Shown here piece after piece: positions 21,986 through 31,388 of a stretch of 31,388 nt of DNA; positions within the stretch are counted from its first letter, which is position 1; each line of letters starts with the position of its first letter. This stretch comes from Trypethelium eluteriae (taxonomy: Eukaryota): positions 62,001-93,388 of the forward strand of contig JAVECL010000025.1 of the NCBI GenBank assembly GCA_051942245.1. The letters run 5' to 3'. Below the pieces are notes generated by a model, which worked only from the letters and a program-made list of their open reading frames with translations, did not search any database and had not been told where the DNA came from. The translations under genes and the position numbers were made by a program.

Positions 21986-24558
21986 ATGTGGGCCCCTGAT
22001 GACGGCTCCAAAGTCACCGGTTCTGTGGCGACCGAAATCACTATGGACCCAATTATGGACGAGGAGATCCAGGTAGTGCAAAGTACAGAACTGAATGGAG
22101 ACTACACCGTGGATCCTTCCGTATTCGCTCTTGGTGCGGTCCCCGTAAACGAGTCAACGATACAGCCCCTTGTCATTGATGATTCCCTATCGCCCGTAAC
22201 AGAAAACGGGTATGTGTCACTGCAACACCTCCACAATGGCACCAATGACTCTGCAGGTGAGACTGCGAGCTCTACCTCTTCCCACCAGAGTGCGTCGGAT
22301 GCCATGGATGTGGATTCAGGCTCGGAGTCTCATGAGCCCCAACGGATGATCTCTGTAGTCATCCCCCAGATGAAGTTTCCTCCGCTACCATATGCGTCGT
22401 CACGATCGGGTCTTGTATACGATGTACGAATGAGGTTTCACGCCGAGCCCATGACGTCCCGGCAACCGGACGACATTCATCCCGAGGATCCACGAAGGAT
22501 CCATGAAATATATCTAGAGCTCTTCAACGCCAATCTTGTTCACGATGTTATGACAAATGATTCTCCGACCGACTATCAGATGCTTCGCATTAACGCTCGG
22601 GAAGCCACAAAGCAAGAGATCTTGTTGGTACACGAAAAGAAGCATTATGAGTGGGTGAAGAGACTTGTAGAGATGACGAATGAGGAGAGGGAGATCATTG
22701 CTGCGAATTCAGACTCAATCTATGCGCATCAGTTCACCTACAGATGTGCCAAATTATCTGCTGGTGGTGCCATCGAAGCCTGTAGGGCGGTGGTTGCAGG
22801 ACAAGTCAAGAATTCCATTGCCGTGATAAGACCGCCTGGTCATCACGCTGAACCATACCAGGCCGGAGGCTTCTGCTTCTTCAACAATGTCTGCATAGCA
22901 GCTAGAGTCTGCCAGAAAGACTTTCCTACGAAATGCAGAAAGGTGTTGATCCTTGACTGGGATGTGCACCATGGGAACGGTGTCCAGCGGGCATTTTACG
23001 AGGATCCGAATGTGCTATATATCTCGATTCATGTGCACCGTGGCGGCCGTTTCTACCCTTGTACTAATTACGGAGACCACAAGCATTGCGGATCCGGACC
23101 TGGCGAAGGGAAGAATGTGAACATACCATGGCCCTGTCATGGGATGAAAGATGGCGACTACCTTCTAGCATTCCAACAAATAGTAATGCCTATTGCCCAG
23201 GAATTTGGCCCTGACTTGGTGATCATCTCGGCAGGCTTCGATGCCGCTGATGGAGATGAACTTGGCCAGTGTCATGTCACACCAGCCGGGTATGCCCATA
23301 TGACGCACATGTTGATGTCTTTGGCTAAGGGAAAGGTTGCCGTGTGTCTCGAGGGTGGCTATAATCTGCGGTCCATCGCAAAATCGGCCCTTGCTGTGAC
23401 ACGTACGTTGATGGGTGAGCCGCCGGACAGGCTGTTCTCTACAGAGCCTACTGCTGCTGGCGTCGAAACCGTGCAGATGGTGATTCGTTCGCAAGCAAAG
23501 TATTGGGCATGCATGTACCCAAAGTCTGAAAGCCAGGCCGATGGGGTGTTGCAAAAAGAACTACGAGGAGAACGTTTACATGATATATACCGGGCATGGC
23601 AGAGCAAAGAATGGTGGGACAGTTTCCGGATGACCCCTCTCTTCATACATCGCGATGTATTGTCCAAATCATTTGAACGGGAAGTACTCGCTACGTAAGT
23701 CTACCCAGAAACGCGCGCAGTTTGCCTCGTGAAAAGGCTAACACTGGGCACAGCTCCAATTACAGCGAATCTCGCCCACTGCTTGTAATCTTTCATGATC
23801 CGCCAGATGCACGGGGTTTGCCACATGCTCGCACAAGTAAGCTGGAGCTCCACAACGTTTGGGTGGTGAGTAACCCGCGCAGCCTTATGCTAGCGCGTTG
23901 CTGACCGCTTTTGAAAGACTGATGTTGCCAAGTCATACGTTGAGTGGGCGGTCCAGAACGATTTTGCTGTCATTGACGTCAACTTGCCCAAGCATGTCAC
24001 TGAAGAGAATGTTAGTCTTTGCTTTCCTGCTTTTGCAATGCGTCCCTGAGGCCTCTGACAACGGAGCAGGAAGACGAAACATATGCCGACCCAGACGAGA
24101 GCAGCTCCCGCTCCAACACCACCTTCGAACTCGCTACTTACCTGTGGGAGAATTACATTGAGGTTCACGAGTCGACTCATGTCTTTCTTCTTGGTATTGG
24201 TGATGCTTATCTCGGCCTGATCAATCTGCTTAGCAACCAGGAATCTTGTACCGACCGCATCACCTTCCTCATCTCCTTCGTCGCCGAAACGCCTCTCAAT
24301 CGTATCCGGCGCCCTGCCGACGAGGACGAAGTCGCCCGCTGGTTCTACCAGCACTCTCTTATCTTCGTCGCACGGAAGCACGGGCTCTGGGATCGCGACC
24401 GCAAGCCTCGTAAGAAGTTTGGGAGACTAGTCGAAAGCGCGTACGACGACTTGAACGAGATGTTGGTTGGGCATCGAGAGCAGGTGATGCGGCTACTGGA
24501 GCAGGAGACAGAGGAGTGGCGATTGGCGCAGCCGTTGGAGAGTCAGATCGGGAGGTGA
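21986..24558 (+). CDS. hdaA: Class II histone deacetylase (HDA1/Clr3/HdaA) with a C-terminal Arb2-like domain
   Basis: Exons 21986 (or 22043)-23694, 23754-23865, 23918-24010, 24070-24558. Motifs HPEDPRRI, RPPGHHA, GFCFFNN, DWDVHHGNG, SAGFDA, LEGGY; Arb2-like LLVIFHDPP, FAVIDVNLP and LATYLWENYIE. Start codon uncertain. Confidence 0.97.
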
Positions 24559-26047
24559 GGAGGTGGACTTCCTCTATTCTTGGGAGAAACTCAAGACCGT
24601 AGTCGGGCCGTGGGTTGGGCATGCTGTAGGCATTAGCATGGGGAAACGAGCGTGCATATTGAGGGAGTCTTGAGAAATGTAGAGGGGAAGCCTTTCGGTT
24701 TGAAGCGCTAAGCTCTTGGGTTGGTATATAGGTATGTCATCGAAGATCATCATGAAATCATTTCGCGGCCGGCCGATCCGTTTGCAAGATTGCCGCGTCT
24801 ATTGTCAATATAGAGATAGCGAAAGGACAATGCTCATCATTTTTCCACGAAGTTCCTGTTCCGTCCTCTTCTAGTGCTACAGTGCAGCCTTAACCCAGAC
24901 GTGCCGAGTACTTTCATGAACCAGCATAGCTATTTACTGCAGTCGGAGCTGCCATGGCTTAACCATCTCGCGCGGACAGCTGATAAAAAGGTGCTCGTAC
25001 AAAAATCGAGCAGGCATAGGCCTTGATTCTTTCCTCCTCCAGGAGTTGATTCTATGATCTACCGTGCTTTACCAAGCAAAAATTACAAGTAAGATACCGT
25101 AGTTTTCAGACTGGGCCCCTAAGTCGGTTAAACTTATCAGTAGAGGTATGGTCTGCGGCCGCAGGCGTAGATCGTGATCGTCACCATCGTGGTGCTGGTG
25201 CTACCCCGGACCGGCAAGCTAGGGGCATAGGATAACCTCCTTACTATCGTCAAGATAGACTGAATCTTTACACCTTTCGATTACAATACGTTCGAGCCCA
25301 AAGGCCGGAGATCAACCCACTCGGCGATCCAAACGAACACTGAACACCAATACTTGGATGGCTGTAACAAGCTTCCTTGCTCTCCCTTCTTTCCAAGTCC
25401 CAGGCATTGTAATTTCAACAACGAAGTCGGCCATCAGTGCATCACACACTACTCCGTTGGCCGTGGCTCAATTGAAAAGCTTCACTAACTACCCAAGATT
25501 TGATGATATACGGGCCGGCTAGGAGGAGAAGAAATCAGTAGATTCGCACACCTAGAGGATGGAGGGAATTATGAATCAGGTCTCAGACCCTTACGAGTGT
25601 TCACGTTGAGCTCTGCTCAAAGACGCGGACAGTTGAGACGCCGTGCACAGACAATGAAGAGATAATATCGGATATTACACTGATGGGAGGATGTTAGAGT
25701 AAGCAATCGGCACTGATGCGGGATGGTGTCGTATTTGACCTCTATCGCAACTGCCTGAATTGACTCATTGCGATGGTCAAACGATGTTCACTAAAATCGA
25801 CGGCCCAAAAATGTGGCTGAAGCGTACGCAGCTTTGCATCCTAGGTAAAACCTGTGAGGTAAGCAATGCATTCCTCTCTCCATATCTCTTTGTCTCAAGT
25901 AGCAATTAAACCCTGGCTCTCGCGCGAGCATGTGATTGTTTGCTGCGCCGGAAAGAGCTAGAATCTCGACTTCATTGTTATCATCTCTTCAATCATATAG
26001 TTGCTACTCTACCTTACAATTCTGCGACAGTCTCACCATCGCACAAA

Positions 26048-28558
26048 ATGCCGGTAACCACTAGGTCTAAGAGCCACCTTTTACCTATGGCGCAAGCTGT
26101 ACGGCCGCGGCATTCACTCAAGCCATCTAAGACAATCAAACGTTTGTCCAACCCCACAAACGCTGGTGCACCTAAGCAGCGCTGTGAGCCCAAAGGGGCT
26201 CGTTGCTCCGCGCAGAAAGCACACAAGAAATCAGACACATGACGAACCTCCGATGATAAAGAATCGCCTCAAGACTCTAGGCAAGAGGAAGTATCTCAAT
26301 ATCTCATTAGACAAGAACCGCCTCAGATAGCCAGCAAGCCTCCTTCACCGGTTTTCTCCAAAAACACTGCGCAATCCTTTTGGCCTTGTCGATATTGCTC
26401 TTGCCCTGAAGGAATTTTCGAAGGCCTAATCAATAGCTGTGTTCGGTGTGGGCACGAGATGCTTCATCATCATCCAGATACTTCTCATCCTTGGAATGAT
26501 GGAGGTGATTACACCTGCGAGCGACAGGAGCTCGTTACCTCGATTCTGGACATGGCAGTACAGACCAGAGTTGTAGCTATCCGTGCGACACCTCAAGTTG
26601 GAAAGACGACTCTACTTTACCTGCTTGGCAAACACATCCTTATGAAGGAGCCGAAGCTAGAGCCGATATATCTCAATTGGAAAAATAGGGAGGAACGGGA
26701 AGGTCTGCCATATCAGCAATATCTTGAACAGGCGAAGGTCGTATGGGAAGAAAAGAATGCAAAACTTCGCTCTTGCGATCCAAACGCCCGAAGGATCTAC
26801 CTTATTGACGAAGCGCAAGACTCGTACGAGGAAGGAGAATTTTGGACAGACTTGGTCAAAAATCATAACACAAGACATCAGGACATCTTCGTACTTGTCT
26901 GTGTTTATGGTGCTCACGGCGTTTCCCATACACGCGATCCGAACATTGAATCCCAGGCGCTTCGCATGCACTCACTCCACCTCATCGAGCTGCGTCCGTC
27001 CAAGCCTGGCCACCCATGTATGCTCTTCAAGTTTGAGGAGACAGTTGTCGTAGTTGACAAATGGGCCATTGAGCACGAATTCCAGCTCGAGGACGGTGTT
27101 CATCGATACCTCCATCGTGCAACTGATGGGCACCCCGGTATGATTGGAATGCTGCTAAACCACTGTGAACAAATGTTTTACAAGGTATGCCCCCAATGGT
27201 GTATATCAAGGTGTAGCTTTTTGTTAATAATTCTCCAGCTCCATTTTCCCCGGACGTTATCACCGACTTTATGTCACAAGCTGCTGGTCCAGCACGAGAA
27301 TAATTTCGTCGATTGGCTTGTTTGTTGGGGAAGAGGAATCTGGTCACCATGGGCTGAGCAGTTTGTGCAAGAACGTCTTCGTCGCTCGCCCATGTACAGC
27401 CATCTTGGGTTTCGAGATATACAAAGTGCGCTACGCCAAGTCGCCTTGCAACCTTACGGCTTAACTCATATACGGGAAGATCTTGATGCGTTTGCATTTT
27501 GTCACAAGATGGGCTACCTACATACCGAGCAGCCGATTCTGGGGAGAGCAGGGACCATCTTTACTTTTGCATCTCCGTTGCATCGAAGGGTCGCTTATCG
27601 CCGTCTTTTTCCGGGCCGAGAGCCAGACGCTGTGCTGAAGAACCTTAGTCTCCAGCAGATTTGTGTCAACGCTGTTGCTCGATTCAGCCCAAGCACTCTC
27701 CAGAATCGTCGACATCTTCAGACTAACGGAGATTGGGGCATCCCGGAAGCTGCATTTCAGGATGAACTCTACTGCTGCCTCAACCTTGAACTCCATTATC
27801 TTCCTATTCTATCGGAATATTCTCATACCAAAGCGGGTCGCATAGATTTCTATATCTCCGATCGAAAGTGGGGGATTGAAGTGCTGCAATGTGGAAATAA
27901 AACGGAAATCGCTAAGCACACCTCCCGATTCGCGCTTGGCGGCAACTATCAAACGTGGGATATTATGGATGATTACATCATTCTCAATTTCTGCTCCAGA
28001 TCCGCGCTTTGGAAGAGCAAGGTTGAAGGTAAGCTCCCTCGCCATCCATTTTTCACTAAAGAGGTCCACGTTAATCTTCAGTACTAATTCATATACTGAG
28101 TAGACGAGAAAATCCAATCGCACGTCTTCCACGTTGTAATAGAGCCTGACGAGTCGGTTGCAGAGGTTTATACCTACGACAAACAGTTGCATAAGTCATG
28201 GTCATTAGGCGAAGGAAGACAAAGATTCAATGCAGACGACTTCGCCGATTTCATCGACCAATCATCCGACGCAGACGATGATTGTATGCCGTTGCAAGAT
28301 GAGCCAACACAGAGAGAGCGGGCGATGATAGGAGAAATAGAGAAGATGAAGCGGCAGAGGGAGCGAGAGTTGAAGGAAAGGGAGCGAGAAAGGCAGGAGA
28401 GGGAGCAAGAGATGGAGGTATTGAGGCAGGCGAAAGAGGAATGGGAGCGAGCGAAGGAGGGGACGAGGCCACAGATGGTGCGAGAGCAGAATGGAGACGA
28501 GAAATTGCAAGAGCAGGACAAGTCAAGGTCAGGAGGAGGTAAGAAGAGAAAGAGGTAA
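26048..28558 (+). CDS. Zn-finger + P-loop NTPase + PD-(D/E)xK-like nuclease + coiled-coil/NLS protein (Crinkler/RHS-effector-like core); interrupted by an in-frame TGA at 26240-26242, so possibly a pseudogene
   Basis: caaaATG at 26048 is in frame with the 26459 ORF. Cys/His cluster CRYCSC-x10-CVRCGHEMLHH; Walker A ATPQVGKTT; Walker B IYLIDEAQ; TDGHPG; nuclease-like PEAAFQDELY...SEY...GRIDFYI...WGIEVL. Introns 27185-27238 and 28029-28103. Last exon is E/R-rich and ends GGGKKRKR. Confidence 0.8.
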
Positions 28559-28982
28559 AGCAGAATAGAAAGAGCGTACAGTTGGTCTTCAGAAGTTTTC
28601 GTGCTTACAGAACTAGATCAGAATAGAATCTATTTCTTGGAGATGCCGTAGTGTTGATGTAGTCTTCTCCCAAAATTTATGTGGTGCCTATGGAGTTTTT
28701 AGAACTGATACAATTAATCAGAATCAAGACAATTATCGTTGCTCTTACAGAGATAAATCAAGAGCTGATCTAAAGTAGGTAAGTACCTTAGTAGGATAGG
28801 CAAGCGCTGTGCTCCTTCATTTTCGTATAAGGGAGGTGAGGGAGGGGTGAAGAGGACGAGTGTAAAGGATGCCCACCGCATGCATGCGCAACAACACGTG
28901 ACGAGAGTACGGACGGAACCTTAAGGTAAGGTATGGTACTCCGCAGATCATCAGGAAATTGTCCTAGCATCGAACCTCGCTA

Positions 28983-29548
28983 TTGAGCTTTGTTGTTACC
29001 ACTCCGTCCTACGCGATCACCACACCGACCAGGTGTTCTATCGTCACTGGACACGTGCGCGCACTGAAAGAACTGACAGATGAAGACCGAGACGTCGATC
29101 TGAGCTACGAAACAACCTCTCCGATTCTAGAAACCCGAAGACCTTTCCAGAACTCTTCAAGCTTTTCCCTCATCCGTATCCAGTAGCTTCCATCTTTCGT
29201 AGCACTCTCAAAACTACAGTTGCGTTCGCTATACCAGTAAAAGATTACCTCTACGCGGATTATGGACATTGACAATGTCGAGAACTTCCTTCGAATACTC
29301 TGGGAGGCTTGCGATAAGAATCAGCTGAGTGCAACATAATGACAGGCTGCATCTGCATCGGGCTGGCGGAGATTGACCGGTTGGTGGAGGCTGAATCGCG
29401 CAGCATGCAGGATATTTCAGGCAATGCGGAACATGAGTATATTTCATGCATTATGTCCGGATTAAGAAGTTACATACAGTCTTATCTTGCGTCGCACGGC
29501 GTAGGTACTGAGTATGCGGTATATGGAGAAACAATTTCTCTAGGTTAG
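28983..29548 (+). pseudogene. Possible degraded gene relic
   Basis: Consecutive short protein-like + strand frames broken by stops and frameshifts (MDIDNVENFLRILWEACDKNQLSAT*, then CICIGLAEIDRLVEAE...IMSGLRSYIQSYLASHGV). No family recognised. Confidence 0.3.
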
Positions 29549-30138
29549 AGATCTTGGCCGATCTTTCTATTCTACTCAACTCGGTGCCGATTTTTTAACT
29601 CCTTTTCAAGAACCGACCACTAAATCATTTCGTGGTATGCACCTTTCTCATGAAGGCAAGATCACATCTACAGCATCTATTCATTTTGACAAGACCCGGA
29701 TCAAGTTAGACTCCGCGCCTCAAGCCAGGCTGAGATCCTGCTTTTGTGCTCTACTTAGAGACTTTTTACGTGGGGCTATGTCCCGTCCAAGTGCTCGACC
29801 ACTAATACTACCTTTTGCGCTCCACGAGAATTGTCGCGCGTTCCTTGCGCCTGCTTCACCCTCTGCAGGAATCCGGAAATGGCAATGTTGAGCGTAGTGC
29901 AGATGTCTGCGCCGGCAGATGGGATAACGACAATGTCGTGCTTTGCTACCCTACTACGACCCTGTCAGACAAGCAGCCTTGCCTTCATGTGATGGTCTCG
30001 ACGGAGCTCTTTTCTTAGATCCTGATTAATTCTTTTTTCCTTGCCTACGGTTTTCCTCCAGCTTGTGTTTCTGCTGTCTCATGCCAACTGAAATTAAGGA
30101 TCTACTTTGACACAAAGTTGATATCTTCCTCTTTTCAG

Positions 30139-31388
30139 ATGTTTTCCTTCCTTGAAGCAGGCATTTTAATACTGCTTACTCTCGTATTGGGGTCAATGGC
30201 TCAATCAAGCACGGCCTCAAGTTCAGGTACAAGTTCAGCAACATCTCAAGCACCTCCTCAAACACACACCGTCACTGTCGGTAAAGGAACAAACTCATAC
30301 GATCCTGATACGATCCAAGCCCTTCCCGGCGATTTGATAGTATTCGAGTTCTTCCCAACAAATCATTCCGTAGTAAGAGCGTCGTATGGCTACCCGTGTG
30401 TCCCATATGAGGACACTGCTGGACCTGATGCCGCCGGATTTTTCTCAGGCCACTTCCCTTTGGAGACAATTCAGCCAAACGTAAGTCACTTGAAGAGGTC
30501 ACCTCGCGAGGGACTTTCTACTCATCCAGTATGGATCTACGACTGATAGCTTTCTTATAGCCACCAACTTGGAACCTAACGGTGAATGACACAGAACCGG
30601 TATTCTTCTATTGCTCAGCAGTTGGATCATGTATTGACTTTCAGATGGTTGGAGTGATCAATCCTGTATGGAAACCATTGCATTTCTTTCAGGACCATTC
30701 CTTTCTGACATTTGAGATTAGAATGGAACGGAATTTTTGGCAAATCAAAAGGCTGCCGCTAAAGCAGCTGACTATATGCTCGAACCAGGTCAGCCGTTCC
30801 CGGAAGAAGCAGCATCATCAATGTCTTCAATAGCCGCTACTGCAACGGCAACTGTCACCTCCGCGACCAGTGCACCTACAACTGCTGGCCCACCCTTGAC
30901 CGTAACCACCACGCACACTGGCCTCTCTAGCGGCGCCATTGCCGGCATCGTCGTCGCCGGCTTCATCGTCCTCCTCCTCGGCGCCGCGCTCTTTTTCTTC
31001 ATCGGCCGCAACTCCACCCTCCGCCAAGCCCTTGCCTTCACCAGCCACCCTTCTCCGACCGCCCGATCCTCCATGGCTCCTCCGCCCCCTCCACCGGCGA
31101 AAGACATGTCCTACCCAACCGACCACACCCTCCCCACCATCTTGCCTTACAAATCCGACCCCTGCGCCCCACATCACCGTATCCCCTCTTACGACGTACC
31201 GCCTTACTCCCTCGCAGCCAGCCCAACCCCAGACGCCGTTGCTGGCTGCGCTCCCACTGCTGAAGAGCTGAGCTCGGTTGTCGGGAGCAGCCCGCGTATG
31301 AGCCCACGGTCGTTCGGGCCTGGGCCGCGCTACACACCGGGCACGGAATACGGGAACTTCTTGGCGACTGGGGGGATGGGGGATCAGA
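30139..31388 (+). CDS. Fungal extracellular Ser/Thr-rich cupredoxin-domain protein with one TM helix; 3' end runs past the window
   Basis: Exons 30139-30480, 30561-30665, 30722 to the edge. Signal peptide; THTVTVG...PGDLIVFEFFPTNHSVV...PC...GFFSG...VNDTEPVFFYCSAVGSC...MVGVINP; S/T-rich stalk; TM LSSGAIAGIVVAGFIVLLLGAALFFFIG; Pro-rich tail. The ATG directly follows cttttcag, so an upstream exon or UTR intron is possible. Confidence 0.88.

Noticed and set aside
26240..26242. RIP as the cause of the premature stop
   Set aside because: The likely change is CGA>TGA (CpG context, not the typical CpA target), and the gene is not visibly AT-rich or riddled with TAA/TAG stops.
28310..28450. GA-rich repeat-like tract
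   Set aside because: Explained by the E/R-rich coiled-coil coding sequence of the NTPase-nuclease last exon.
24600..30100. Starship or other intact transposon carrying the NTPase-nuclease gene
   Set aside because: No tyrosine recombinase, transposase, reverse transcriptase, terminal repeats or target-site duplication visible in the window.

Overview
Gene-dense, intron-containing DNA from a filamentous ascomycete (Pezizomycotina), with short GT-AG introns and CTRAC-like branch sites. I reconstructed 13 protein-coding loci by hand: an SPX-VTC polyphosphate-complex subunit (runs off the left edge), a tail-anchored Nudix hydrolase, RCF2, an AA9 lytic polysaccharide monooxygenase, SelO/FMP40, a DCAF4/WDR21-like WD40 protein, a CTL/PNS1-like membrane protein, a Rab2-like GTPase, COX5, GAPDH, an HDA1-type class II HDAC, an accessory Zn-finger + P-loop NTPase + PD-(D/E)xK-like nuclease gene, and a membrane-anchored cupredoxin (runs off the right edge). 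Most notable: (1) the NTPase-nuclease gene has a Crinkler/RHS-effector-like core and a C-terminal NLS, but one in-frame TGA separates its good start codon from all its domains; (2) GAPDH has an in-frame 20-aa extension past its stop ending in a PTS1-like VKL; (3) a CACGTGGG Pho4-type site lies in the short divergent promoter shared by the VTC and Nudix genes. No rRNA, tRNA, CRISPR array or recognisable transposase was found. All family assignments come from motif recognition; no database search was run.
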